Of a stretch of DNA of 64,000 bases, positions 14,271 to 28,470 are shown one piece after another (within the stretch, counting starts at the first letter, position 1; each line of letters starts with the position of its first letter). Both the position numbers and the translations under genes were made by a program. The notes beneath the pieces are model-generated. The model ran no database searches, was not told the DNA's origin, and saw only the letters and a program-made list of their open reading frames with translations. The DNA lies in NCBI GenBank assembly GCA_964016885.1, contig OZ024743.1, forward strand, positions 97,464,001-97,528,000, in the 5' to 3' direction. The DNA comes from Eledone cirrhosa. Taxonomy: Eukaryota.

Positions 14271-15026
14271 TCATTCAATTAATTGTGACGATGTCCGTGA
14301 CATTCACAAATGTATTACAGCGAAATTGTATATCCATAAATTTGAAATTGGTATCAAAAATTAGGAACCCGGCTCAGAGGTAGATTCCTTTCATGATCAA
14401 GGGAATCACGAATTCAGCTTCAATGATTCTGGAATGTAATATATGTTCAATTTTTTAAACCATAGAGATTATCCGGTTGCTGAAAGTATCGCCTTGCAGA
14501 GAAGATAATTTCCAGTACTTTTTGTATTTTCGGATTTTGCTTCCAATTGCATTCATGATTCATTTACGGTACGCTATGAATGCACTGAGAAATATATAAA
14601 CAGTGTAATTTCCTATTCACATATCCTAGTCTCGAGCCATTATGTAGTCAAAATAATTAACATATCATATACAGATTTACATTGTTTAAAAACTAATCCA
14701 AGTTATACCTAGATACCATGGAACTTAATACTTGCCAATTAATGTCAAATTTATTTTAAATTTGTATTTTTCTTCAATTTCTGAGATTTCTTATTTTTCA
14801 CCTTTCCGAAACACATTACCAAAATTTCATCAATTCTATTTCGGTTTCATGATTTCAACACAAAATTGTTCTTGTAAACTATCGGTTTAACAATGATTTA
14901 TAGAATTATTTCTGTTTTCTTTTCTGGTACAATCAGTAAAGAAATTAGAAGTCTAACAAGATTTGCAAAGATGTTTGTGATGAGATTTTAAATTGATATA
15001 TGCATATATATATATATATGCACACA

Positions 15027-15111
<85 letters not shown>

Positions 15112-16140
15112 GAGACAACAAATACATTTGATTTAGGTTTAGCAGATTGCAGACTTTGAATTCAAATAACAGTAATGTTGCTTATGATTTAAATTAGTTC
15201 GTTTAGATTATGTCTGATGTTACTGTTTTATGGTAAAAATAAATGTGGAAATTAACTTACGAAGAAAGCATCAGTTTTTGAAGATACTAATGACTGGTTC
15301 TCATCAGCTACAATATTCACAGTCTTTTAATAGATTGTGACGCATAAAGGGAATAAAATATCAAATATCGTGTAAATAAGTGTCAAATATAATTTGTTTT
15401 ATAACGTATTCTCGTACGTAGCTGGTTACCTAGTAAAGAACTTATCTGATTTCTATTTTTAGAAAAGCTTCAATGTTCCTGTGGACTATTTATCACATCC
15501 ATTCTTTTAAATCATTTTAAATTTCAGTCGTCTTGTCTAAGTAAATAAAATAATGTTCGTTGTTTTCGAAGTAGAAAAAGCCAGTTCATTAAATACGTAA
15601 CTGTTTCTAATTATATAGAAGTAGTATACTTAATGACCGATGTGTTGTATGTAAGTCTCTATAATTTGGCTATACTGTTATATTACTCCTCACATATTTG
15701 CATGGGATTAGAACCTGCGAGAAATAGCAGCCAAATCTCCTTCATATCACATTTTACGATATTATAAAGAAACATTTGAAAGTGGATACCACAGTATATA
15801 CAATACCAGAGAAAATGGGACGGTTATCGCTTGAACATATTCCCCTAACCCATTAGTGGTGTATAGAAAACTAAACGTAATATTAGAAAACGAATGTCTT
15901 GGTGAAGTGTTAGTGACTAAAGTAAGTAGATTCTCTACAATGTTATCATTTATATTTAAAGGGGAACAGAATAGAATTTATCAAGAAAATAGAAATCATG
16001 ATAAAGAATCCAAGTGATTCACTAATTCAAGATTGTCTAAAACTGAAAAAACCTTTTTCTAAAGGTTTCTTAACGAAGTATATATAGATATCAGAGTGTT
16101 GTAACTAGTTTTTTTTTTATCTAACTGATAAAATGACAAG

Positions 16141-16294
16141 TCAATCAATCATATTGGTGGCCTCCCCGAAGCCCCGGCTGACAGAATGGAGAAGGCGTAT
16201 CCCCGGAGGACGGCAAAGGAGACGCGCTGGAAAAGCCATTGCAACTCGTGGGGCTCACACCTGCGGCTAGCCAGCTCAGCGCCTATGGTGGTGA
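16141..16294 (-). mobile_element. CRE-like non-LTR retrotransposon 3' end (second copy)
   Basis: Minus strand TTIGAELASRRCEPHELQWLFQRVSFAVLRGYAFSILS is homologous to 39410-39550. Confidence 0.82.
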
Positions 16295-16653
16295 GTATAT
16301 ATCTATTTCTTTTCTTTTGTATATAATGAGATCAGTATTTCTAATTCATTTGAAAATATTCATTCGAAAGATGATTGGTTATACGGACAGACATTCAGAT
16401 CAACTATTTGATTCACACAACCCAGTGGTATCCATTAATGGCTGGTTAGTTTTCGTGGCTTATAAAAGCAACCATTAGGCACGTGTTGAATGAGTAGAGA
16501 CTATCATAACAAACCAATGTATGCTACGTAATTTTATAATGATACCACATATTACAGCTTAGAAAGGGATTTGAAATGCATAATTTGTCACTACCCTAAT
16601 AATTGTCATGATCTTATTCAATACATTATATAAATATATATATATATATATAT

Positions 16654-16698
16654 TTGATAATTTCTCACGAATGGAACAGTTCTAGTCCTGTAGAAGCT
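16654..16698 (+). ncRNA. Truncated, decayed hammerhead of family H4
   Basis: TTGATAA-TTTCTCACGAAT-GGAA-CAG-TTCTAGTC-CTG-TA-GAAGCT aligns with 55208-55252; the 5' strand of helix I is replaced by (TA)n. Confidence 0.6.
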
Positions 16699-16699
16699 C

Positions 16700-16751
<52 letters not shown>

Positions 16752-16759
<8 letters not shown>

Positions 16760-17110
16760 GAAAACGAAAAATCAGTGATGCATCTGAGCTCAATTTATTG
16801 TGTTACAATTGTTTCGCCGGCGGACAGCTCGAGACGCGATCATTCTGTGGATCTGTCTGATTCTGGACTCGCAGGTTCGACGGACATGTCTAATGATTTC
16901 GGAGCATATTCTCTCTGCGGGTCAAGAATCAGACAGATCCACACAATGATCGCGTTTCGAGCTGTCCGCCGGCGAAACAATTGTAACACAATAAATTGAG
17001 TTAAGATGCATCACTGATTTTTCGTTTTCTATTATATCATGCTCTGCTCTGTAAGAGCATAGAGTACTCAACCGGCATACCGCCTATCGAAGCATCTTAG
17101 TTACCATCAG
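16752..17110 (+). mobile_element. Inverted-repeat element with 3' tail (family P1)
   Basis: Arms ~16752-16874 and ~16915-17037, 40 bp loop, ~70 bp tail; flanked by (TA)n and (CA)n; a single-arm homologue lies at 29936-30090. Confidence 0.88.
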
Positions 17111-17115
17111 ACACA

Positions 17116-17219
<104 letters not shown>

Positions 17220-17879
17220 TGGAAACTATTTGTAACTTAGTTGCAGTTATGCATTAGAATGAACAGGGGAACTGAATTATGTAAACAACAAAGTATTGTT
17301 CAATAGCTTCTTTTATCAGTCCCTATGATTTGTAACGAGGTAATTTTGAACACGCGTAAGAATCTCGATGCATTTCAATTTGAAGAATGTAGTTTTAAAA
17401 ATGTATTCTCTATTCATTTCAAAATACGTAGGACGAATTGCTTTGGAAAGATTATTTAATTATTTATTTATTTGTTTGTTCACTAATTCTCTTTCAAAGA
17501 CGGAGATTAAATAACTGGCGACAAGATGATGACATTGCTACATTTAGTAGGAAAGAATAAAATTGTATTCTGAGAGTAAGACATGTGAAAATTCTCTTGC
17601 GGCAGACGAAGTCAGCTGCAAAGTAAATAGATATAGAAACTGCAAAACTACACGATTTTAACTAAATTGTAATACACTTCAAAATAATAAGAAATGTGTC
17701 GGTTTTTCATCAATAATTCAAGGTATGGATTCATTCGCAGCGAGCGGCAATGATTATTCAAATGAATATTTTTAGTATATCATCATCATCATCATCATCT
17801 ACATGTTCATCATTATCATCCTCATCCTCCTCCTCCTCCTCATCATCATCATCATCATTACTATTGTTATTAATATTAA

Positions 17880-18070
17880 GGCAGTGGTTTGTCAGTATCG
17901 GTAGAGCGTCAGAGATCATGCTGTGCAGCATAGAGTTATAGCGCTTTACGTTCTGAGTTCAAATCCCGCCGAGGTTAACTTTGCCTTTCATCCTTTCCTT
18001 ACGAGGTCACTATGGGAAAGTACCAGCAATGAACTGGGGCAATTGCTGGCCTTGTGCCAAAAGTAGAAAA
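17880..18070 (+). mobile_element. tRNA-derived SINE (family A)
   Basis: B-box GAGTTCAAATCCC, ACTTTGCCTTTCATCC, GGCCTTGTGCC end and (TTA)n tail. Confidence 0.88.
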
Positions 18071-18139
18071 TTATTATTATTATGAATCAGAGCTAATGTG
18101 TGTGCTGTAAGAAAGGAAGTAAAGCAACCTATATGAACC

Positions 18140-18575
18140 GTTCCCGATCGTGTCCCCGGTCCTTCTAAGACGATCTCTGTGCCCCTAACTGTACATACTA
18201 ACACTTGAATCACTACTACAGAAGCTGGAGCTGTTACAATGCCTCCCGATCACAGCGGGACGTGGAAGGCCTGCGTAAGAACATGCAGACGACCTCACAA
18301 TGATGGTGTAAAAGGCTTCGAAAATAGAGGTGTTCGGACAAATAGAAATGTTGACGGGAGCAAAGATCAACCCGAAAAAGACAGTGGGTTTGCAGCTCGG
18401 CTCATGGAAAGGCAAATCGATTACCGTTCAACAGGGACGCCTGACCTTGACGGATGGATCGATAATGTGTCCGCCATCTACTACCACCTGACCATCATGC
18501 CCCGCCCCCTTTCATGTTCCATTGAGGTGGTCCATCTGCTACTGTAACTTCTACGGGGAGGGCTAAGCATGTCGT
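18140..18575 (+). mobile_element. Tx1/L1-like reverse transcriptase fragment, decayed
   Basis: Broken frames LCP*LYILTLESLLQKLE, HADDLTMMV, TGAKINPKKTVGLQLGSWKG, IYYHLTIMP. Confidence 0.78.
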
Positions 18576-18779
18576 GGCTACAGTAGAACTATATATGATG
18601 TGTGTGTGCGCCAGTGTGTACATGTATGCGTGAGCGTATGCGGGTGAGTGCGTGTGTGCATGTGTGTGTGCGTGTATGTTATTAATCCTGCATGAAACCG
18701 TATGTTTCTTTTTCTTGCAAACGTAGTACATGCATTATATATATATGTATATAAGATTTTAGAAGCGCAAGAGAAAGGG

Positions 18780-18930
18780 TGTTTGTGTGAGAATGAGATA
18801 GAGAAATAATGTGTGTGTGTGCGTGCATGTGTGTGTGAGTGTGGTGAGGGAGACGGAGAGTGACTGAGAGACAAAGATAAAGAGTGTGTGTATGTGTGTG
18901 TTTGAGAGAGAGAGAGAAAGAGTGTGTGTC

Positions 18931-18963
<33 letters not shown>

Positions 18964-18980
18964 AAGAGTGCGTGTCTGCC

Positions 18981-19046
<66 letters not shown>

Positions 19047-19145
19047 TGTGTGTCTGCCTGTGAGAGAGAGAGAGAGACAGAGAAAGAGTGTGTGTCTGTG
19101 TGTGAGAGAGAGAGAGTGTGTGTGTCTGCCTGTGAGAGAAAGAAA
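18780..19145. repeat. Compound (AG)n/(TG)n array with a higher-order unit
   Basis: Repeating AAAGAGTGTGTGTCTGCCTGTGAGAGAG blocks. Confidence 0.9.
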
Positions 19146-19415
19146 GAACTGAAGTTTACCATTTTGATGCCAACCCAGTCTACTTCTATGATACAATCAA
19201 CACTATCTGTTTTTAAATGTTTATATTTGTATAAATAAAAACATTCCACCATAATTTATGTAAGATAATGTCTTACTTTATGGCCCAAACACCTGCTTAA
19301 TACATCGAATGTTAGGTATAAAAGTAATTCTCAAAAATGGTTTGATTTATATTTGAAATCATAAACAAACTGTTTCACTAGAAATACGATTTCTACTTCT
19401 AAATATCTATCTATC

Positions 19416-19454
<39 letters not shown>

Positions 19455-19520
19455 CAAACTAAACCTGAACCGATAAGGTCTGGTTCCTTGGTTATGTCAA
19501 TATTTATAAAACAAATTTTG

Positions 19521-19581
19521 TATTTTATCTGATGAGAGCCTACCAAAAGTTTGGTACCCTTGAAATATATATAATAAAATA
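19521..19581 (+). ncRNA. Minimal type I hammerhead ribozyme (family H1, element 19452-19623)
   Basis: TATTTTAT-CTGATGA(19529)-GAGCCTACCAAAAGTTTGGTACCCTT-GAAA(19562)-TATATA-TA-ATAAAATA; perfect 8-bp helix I; (TA)n on both sides. Confidence 0.85.
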
Positions 19582-19621
19582 AATATGGTTTTATAAATAT
19601 AGTTTCCATTTATTAATATTT

Positions 19622-19665
<44 letters not shown>

Positions 19666-19766
19666 CACATAAATCTGTACTTATACATACACACAATCAC
19701 ATATATATATACATTCGTACGTACAATTATACACACACATATATATATATATATATAATATTATAG

Positions 19767-19829
<63 letters not shown>

Positions 19830-21317
19830 ACTGTAATTTTTCTTGATACACATGTTGGGTTATTTCAAATAATATCATTTCATTTCACTGATACAAAAGT
19901 ATTATAACAATGTTTATATAGTTCCAATAGTAACCAGTATTGAATATTATATTACTGACAATTCAAGTCAAGCCATTGTTCAATGCAAAAGGTTTTACAT
20001 GGATGGAAAATTTCATTCCATAATTCCATAATTCAAAGCGAAGCTTGCTGTAAGTTGAAAGATAACGGCAGTGAACGACCAGAGTTTTTTCTTGAAACCT
20101 GCAAGGCAAATTTTAAATATAAACTTGCTTGTGTCTAGTGTTAGTCTCAAGTGTTAAAACAAGATGTAAAAACAGAAGTATACTATTTAAGAAGCTAAGT
20201 AGCTCATGTAGTTTCTTATAATAATAATGCAAAAATCCAAAGTGACCAACTTTCATTATTAGATAAAACATCACATCAAAAGAAAAGACAAGCTGTAAAA
20301 GTAGAGATGTGAACAATTTAAAATAGAAACTATTATAAAATATTGCATTAAATTTTCATTTTATTTGCCTTTGTGTGGGAATGTAATTTTTATTTATGAA
20401 GCTTCATCATTAGTATTGGAAAATCTATTTCCTTTGTTTTGATTCATTTTTGAAACTCTCGATTATATGGTCATCTTGGATGTCAGCTATTATGTTTAAG
20501 TACGAGATGCTTTTTATTAAATTATTTTTTTCATACATTGTGTTGAAACTCCGTCGGTTGAAAAGATGAGTGTTCCGATTTTTTGATCAATCGAACAGCT
20601 TGCAGATGAGATTAATGTGCAATGCAGTTGCGCATTCTTCAAACGAGTGTAACTTTCACATGTTTCAGGGAGGTTCATTGTAACATAATGTGTGACAAGC
20701 CTCGCCATTTGAAATATAGGTACAAATCATGTTTTCCAGTTGAGTGTACTGGTGAAACATGAAAGTGTCTTATTAAAGACGCCTCGGCAGAGTTAAATCT
20801 CATACTGCCGTAGGCCGAATACTCTATACATAAAACCACTTGCATAAGAACGCAAAAACATGAATGCCTATTATAAATGCTTACGTATACACATAAATAC
20901 GTACATACATAAATACGTAATACATACATATATATAATACAAACATATATATATAGATAGAGAGAAATAAATATATAGATATACAGGCGAATTTGGCAGC
21001 GTTATTTGAACGTTCAATAAAATGGATGCGGCATCCGGTTCAACATTCTTTACTCTGAGTTTAATTTCCATCGATGTCAACTTTCATCCTTTCACGTTCC
21101 AAAGCCGAGGTCGTGGGATTGATTCCTCTTCTCTATCTCCTCTTCTCTCTCACTCTCTCTCTTTCACTAGAAATTGACTGCATTCACATCTGCACGCAAC
21201 ACACCGTATAAGTGCTCTTGCATGCACAGACACACACACACACACACATATATATGTGTGTGTGAATGTGTGTGTGTATGTGTATGTGTGTGTATGTGTA
21301 TCTATACGTGTGTGTGC

Positions 21318-21389
<72 letters not shown>

Positions 21390-21592
21390 AGTATAATCTA
21401 TATAGAGGATTCGCTGTAGGTACAACACTAGATTAATTGGAAATTCGTTACCAATGGAGACCCTTCTTTCTTTACCTATCTGCATAATGTTGTTTGCAGA
21501 AGGTTAGCAATCACAATCTACACGCACCCACATGCATATATATATATATATATATATACAAATCCTTCTTGCCACTCTGTCTGTCTCTATAT

Positions 21593-21644
<52 letters not shown>

Positions 21645-21646
<2 letters not shown>

Positions 21647-21744
21647 TAAGATTCTACAGGACTATATTAAAACTTTTATAATCTGCAATGTATTGAGTAC
21701 CTTACTTACTGTGGTTACCTCCGATTCAACCCGGAATAACGTAC
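21645..21744 (+). mobile_element. Short fragment of family H4 (3' tail plus an inverted piece)
   Basis: ATGTATTGAGTACCTTACTTACTGTGGTTA matches 55285-55314; TTCTACAGGACTA matches 54961; lies between TA tracts. Confidence 0.8.
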
Positions 21745-21750
21745 TATATA

Positions 21751-21791
<41 letters not shown>

Positions 21792-22386
21792 ATATATATA
21801 TATTTGTATATGTATTTACATGTATTATAAAAAAAACACATGCATTTACGCAGACATACATACACGCAGACACACATGTATGCTTACTTGTATGCATGTA
21901 TGTGTATATATATATATATAATATATACATATATATATATATGTGTGTATGTGTGTACCTGGAAATACATATAAATATATGATTATACTAAAATGTCTGT
22001 TACCTTATCAATAGCCAATTTGAATTAAATATATATATATATCAAAGATATAGAATTCTGTTGGCCAACCACATGTAAATCCTGGTGGTTGGCTGACAAC
22101 GGCTTAATGACGGCATTCATTAAAACAGTTCTGCTAACAATATTGTGTTTCAGCATGAGACATACTTGGTGAACTCGCCATTCAGATATGTTCAATACAA
22201 ATGCAACACCGAACGATATATACATATTATGGAGACAATTTTCTTCCGTTAATCAATGCTAACATTTTCTCAGTAAAAAAAGTTACTAATTCTGCCGCAC
22301 ATAGCAGCTAGAGTAAATTTTAAATGGAAACAATGTTATATTTTGTTTCGTTCATTACTATCTATATTTTCATTGAATATATATAC

Positions 22387-22422
<36 letters not shown>

Positions 22423-22702
22423 GTGTCTGCGGTGTTTTCATAAGGAGATATTTTCCAGGATAATGTTAGAAATAATAGTTTATAATTAATTTCAGTTCTA
22501 CTGAAGTGATCTGTATAATTTCTAAATACAAGATACACCATATCCATGTATACGATTAAATACAGTAGGTTATCACATGCGGAATATAGTATGCTGAAGA
22601 ACTGAAATATCCATGCAGTTAATGGATAAATGTACAAAAGAAACAAGGCAGCCAAGGAACCTCAATAGGATTAGTTGAAAGTTTTGGATAGTTCTCTATA
22701 AT

Positions 22703-22812
22703 TGTTTCTACTTGTGGCACAAGGCCAGAAATTACCCAATACATTACTGGTACTTTATTTTATCGACCTCGTAAGGATGAAAGGCAAAGTTAACCTCGGC
22801 GGATTGAGACTG
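22703..22812 (-). mobile_element. Partial SINE (family A)
   Basis: GGCACAAGGCCAG...GGATGAAAGGCAAAGTTAACCTCGGCGG. Confidence 0.85.
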
Positions 22813-23662
22813 AAATACATATAGAATTTATTAGTATCTGGCCTCCTTGATGACGAGTCTTCCACTTAATTTACATGAATAGCACTGGCTATACATACAT
22901 TTAAAGGGGGTGTAGTGATACTTATATATTATATTAAATATATTTTGAAAATATTGTTATCGTTATCACTTATTACAAACGCGGCTATGTTTAATGATGG
23001 TTAGTGTAACATGTGGCATTTTTCATGGTATTTTGATATCTTGTTGTTTTGTATTCCGGAGAATATCTAATCCAGAAAATTTCACACTGAATTTTATAAA
23101 AATATGATTGCTTAACAAATTCCTCGACAATAGATATATATCAGCATATATAACTATCCAGTACTAAGCTGAACAATATTTAAACTTTATTTAAAATATA
23201 ACGAGTACAAAATATATAGATATTCACTGCACTAGCGTGTATTGTGTCCATTGAGTTTGACGATTCTAAATTCAGGAAACGACATTGTTTTTATATGTTA
23301 TGTATTATTATATTTTAACATTGATTCGAATTTGGGAACACATTCTGTTAAAGGTTTTATTGACTAGCTGATTTATTATTTAGACAAACTGTTGTGTAAA
23401 CTTCTTGATAAAAGCTTAGTAAAACAAGTTGATTTTCAATATTCGATAGAGCTTAAATCGCAAATAGTTATTTCAATGTCAATCATATAGAGGTTACGAG
23501 GCCGATACGTCCTCTAGTCAATCGTATTCTCTTGAATTATATTTAATTTCTCAGTCAGACATGTGAAACTGTGGTTCAATATACCTTGGAAACTAACATG
23601 GTTGTTTTTCCTGTTTTCGATGTTATATAATTCATATTAGAACTAAGCAAATGTTTTGTATA

Positions 23663-23841
23663 GGTTTGGCAGTATCGGTAGAGGGTCGGACGCCATGTTT
23701 TGACGTATAGAGTTACGGCCCTTGCCATTCTGAGTTCAAATCTCGCAGAGGTTAACTTTGCCTTTCATCCTTACGGGGTCGATAAAATAAAGTACCAGTA
23801 ATCTACTGGGTAATTGCTGGCCTTGTGCCAAACGTAGAAAC
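23663..23841 (+). mobile_element. tRNA-derived SINE (family A)
   Basis: Full-length similarity to the 41305 copy. Confidence 0.9.
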
Positions 23842-24549
23842 AATTATTTATATATAACTATATATTACTGATATAATATCGTTTCACAATTAGTGTCTAT
23901 ACCAAATATGACGTTGTCATTACCAATGAGCTTTGTATTTTGATAATTCAATTGATGGATATGTCCAATGATATATTAAAACTTGTTACAATGCTTGTAG
24001 AATCATAACCAAGTTTTTTTCTTTCATCTTAATTCTATTAACTGATATATATTTTAACTTAAACAATTTCTCTTCATTCAAAATAATGTGTTGAGTATTT
24101 ATTCTTTCTACTATTTTAGGCATTCTTTCATTAATATTTAGTAATGTTATATAAGTTTTAGATACAAAATTAGAATTTCTCACAATGACATAAAAGAAAA
24201 TATAGACACATCCTAGCATACACTAAAATCGTTTTAAATAAATTACTATCATTGTGTATATATAATATTGTTCAATGTTCAAGAAGGCGACGGAATCTAC
24301 ATTTGATCAATCATACGTTACTGACCGATGGTGTTTATAATAAATACATCTATTTATTCACTAGAATCGTTGAGCTGAATAGAATATCGGCAGGTGTCTT
24401 AAGATTTCCAAAGACTATTCTTTTGTCCAGTGATATTTCGTTGCAAAATGAATTGCAATTATGTAACATTTTGTTTTTTTTTATTAGTATAGAGGACCTA
24501 TAAATATATGTATGAACCATGCATACTGAAATATGCATATATATATATA

Positions 24550-25025
<476 letters not shown>

Positions 25026-25277
25026 CCATCTTTTCACCCCTTGATAATTTGTGTGTGAGACACATTGGCTGAGAGGTTCTGACAGGAACGAAAAGATTGA
25101 TTCTCTTTAGCTTCCCGTCCTCACGTAAAATTTGTAAATCAGTGGCTAGTTGAGAGATAGAGCCCTATCGGGTGCCAGTTGCTAACAGCTTTACAGCGTC
25201 AGTCGTCACAAACAGTCACGGCCGGCATAGACTGGTCTTAGGATTCTGTCGATCGATTGGTTATTGATTAGGCGATA

Positions 25278-25387
25278 CCCGCTGATGAAGCCGCATAAGC
25301 CGATTGTGGATTGTTGCATGATATATGCAGACAGATGGTGCAGTGCACCTTACTGCTGCATTAGTGCGGCAGAAACTCGAGTCCGGG
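25278..25387 (+). ncRNA. Type I hammerhead with a large helix II insertion (element ~25024-25534)
   Basis: CCCG-CTGATGA(25282)-A-GCCGCA..69 nt..TGCGGC-A-GAAA(25372)-CTCGAG-TC-CGGG; GUC triplet and palindromic ACTCGAGT. Confidence 0.82.
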
Positions 25388-25531
25388 ACCTGATAGGCAC
25401 CCGTTTTACGTGTGTTGTGTTGAAGCAAATAACTTTGTGTATAATTTGGGAATGTATCTTACATTGCCCATGTAGTGCGCTGAGATACAACCAGTACTGG
25501 CATTGATAAATATGGTGGGGCCATCAACCCT

Positions 25532-25577
<46 letters not shown>

Positions 25578-25763
25578 ATAATAATAAATTTGAAGACTAA
25601 AATCGAAAGAGGGCTCGATATGGATAAATATAAATCAAATATATAAGCACCGTTCAGCAAATATTTATTAAAATAACAGATTAAAGTTTAAGCAAAGAAT
25701 TGCTGCTTTCACCCTTAATATTCAAAATATTAACAAATGAAAAATAATCTCATAATCAAAATA

Positions 25764-25833
25764 TATACTTTATTATATATATTTCAGAGGTACTGTGTTG
25801 TTTTTTCAGTACGTCCTCATCAGACAAAATATA
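25764..25833 (-). ncRNA. Minimal type I hammerhead ribozyme (family H1b)
   Basis: Minus strand: TATATTTTGT-CTGATGA-GGACGTACTG..CAGTACCTCT-GAAA-TATATA-TA-ATAAAGTATA. Confidence 0.82.
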
Positions 25834-25974
25834 TGATTTGATATATGAAATACCGCTACGGTCTTGATTGTTCAATTCCAGTATTGGCATATACATATTT
25901 AGATATATAGTACATAGTATATATATATCTCCACTCGCTGTCTCTCACTCTCTGTCTCTCTCTCTCTCTCTCAG

Positions 25975-26005
<31 letters not shown>

Positions 26006-26013
26006 ATATATAT

Positions 26014-26076
<63 letters not shown>

Positions 26077-26081
26077 TATAT

Positions 26082-26182
<101 letters not shown>

Positions 26183-26436
26183 CATAAATATATATAAATG
26201 TTTGTGTGTTCCTGTGTGTGTGGTTATTCAAATGTAAAATATACAGTGATGACATTCCGTGCCAGAGTTTCGTTCAATCGGCTTATTGAATTGGTAGACT
26301 TTACACATCCGTTGATGCTTAAGCCGATTAATTGAAACCATGATTCGGAAATATGCTCATTGCTTATCTCACGATTATATATATACACACACATTGGGGC
26401 ACATATATATCCATAGATCCATACATTATACATATA

Positions 26437-26509
<73 letters not shown>

Positions 26510-27705
26510 CATACGGTTAAGCTTATTCGTTTACGATAAGCATCTTAACCTCAGCTCAAATATTCCCTATGATACCTACACTAACATAAAGAGGAGCACA
26601 TTATGTAATGGAAGTCTTAACTAGTGATATCTCATCTATCTTTCACTCTTTCTCTCAATCTCCCTCACTCCCTCTTTCTCTCTCTCTCTCTCTATCAACA
26701 TATTCCTTGCAATGACAACTTGAAACCCGTTTTTCTGTGTACAAATAGAATAACAATGATGTTCACGTTTGCTTTCACATTTAATAGTAAGTCTTTTGAA
26801 CTGCAATTCTACCTACCTTATGTGTATATACCTGTGCGTGTCACTTCTGTGGGTGAGGGATGATATAGGAACCGGTGTCAGTTGTGTGGGTGAGGGATTA
26901 TATAGGAACCGATTTTGCAGTATTTGTTCTGTTGTCTAGATATCATTTATTTTTCCGTTAAAGACAGCATAAATTCAATTTTTCATGAACAATTTATGCA
27001 AACATTTAAGCCATGACACTAATATACACCCATTCAAATAAAACAAAACAATCTTAAATAACAACGACATTATGTAATTCGAACCATATATTCCCTATTG
27101 ACCTCCCAGAAGTCGATTTGCTTCAACCGAAAATTTTCCATCAACTTTTCTAAACGTCAGCACACATAGCATCGTTAATATATTCTTTCACTTCCCTTTA
27201 AGGTCGGATCCGAATTCAGTCTTTCAAAGATTTTCCATTTAACGAACTTAATGAAACAATAAATTAATTTTTGCGTTAATTGGTGTTGGAAACGTTCAGT
27301 TACTTAATGCCACGCCTCTGATCACCTTCACCTGATATAGCTGTTCTGGGGTGGTGTAATGATTAATTTTACCGCCTTTAGTTTAATTAGGAGAAAAGCT
27401 CCGTTTTAATTACTTACATAACTTAATGATCAGTCATGATATGAATACATCTTAGGAAGTTACCACCTCGCCTTTTATTATTTTACTTCCAGCAAATTTC
27501 TCAATGCAATCTGTGAAGTAATTAGAAAATTAAACTCATGATCCAAAAACAAAAATATAAATGACTTCCATTTCTATTGTTTTATTTTTATTTTACTTTT
27601 TTTAAACTTTCTTCGATCAATATTGAAAATATGCAATGACCTTCCAATTCATTTATTTCATCCTTACAATTCTTAATGTATCTGCGTGTCAGTATGCTTG
27701 TATGC

Positions 27706-27763
<58 letters not shown>

Positions 27764-28094
27764 GCATACAGGCATATATATATATATATATCTTTCTGAG
27801 TGTGTGTATGTGTGTGTGCGTGCGTGTGCGTGTATCTGTATATTTCACTCTCTCTCTCTCTCTCTCTCTCACTCCACCTTCCCTCATTCTCAGTATTTTG
27901 AGTGAAATCATGTCAAGCATGGAGGGAAATTAGTAGGAAAAAGAAATCAATCGATTCAGAGGAAAAACAAAGCGGTATGTCTGTTCGGTCGGTGCCAGCC
28001 TATGGTTAAACAACAACTTCACGTTCTATCATCGACGTCTGGAAATTAACGTCGACCACATCTGAATATATCCTCATATATTTAGAAGGAGCAT

Positions 28095-28470
28095 TACGTA
28101 GGTTTTAGGGTGGTGAGGATCACGATTGTACGGTCGATTCCTGACGGTGCATTGGGCTCTTGGGAAAAAAACCCTTATTTCACATCACACAAGTTAACCT
28201 ATATTAATGAGTTGTGCATGTAATTCAAAGTACAGACCATGAGATGCGCTACGTCATGCTGCATCTCCCCAAGAAATATGTTAAATGTACAAATGTGTCT
28301 GGAATCCTCAACCAGTTGCATGTTCATTTCATTGCCACAGATTGTGTTATACTGAATCCTCTTAAAACTACGTAAAGGTTACACATGTCTGTGGTGTACT
28401 TAACTACTTTAACGTTAAGGTTGTTCCGTTTTTAGACCAACTAAAATACTCATCGTCAGATCCGACGGGG
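28095..28470 (+). mobile_element. Degenerate SINE (family B)
   Basis: Decayed B-box, CTTGGG..TATTTCAC core and a duplicated tail motif GTACACATGTCTGTGG. Confidence 0.6.

Noticed and set aside
16187-16296. Apparent GC-rich + strand exon starting at ATG and ending in GTG/GTGAGT
   Set aside because: It is the antisense strand of a CRE-like retrotransposon 3' end, homologous to 39410-39550
20517-20708. 63-aa non-repetitive ORF
   Set aside because: It overlaps a degenerate reverse-strand SINE family B tail
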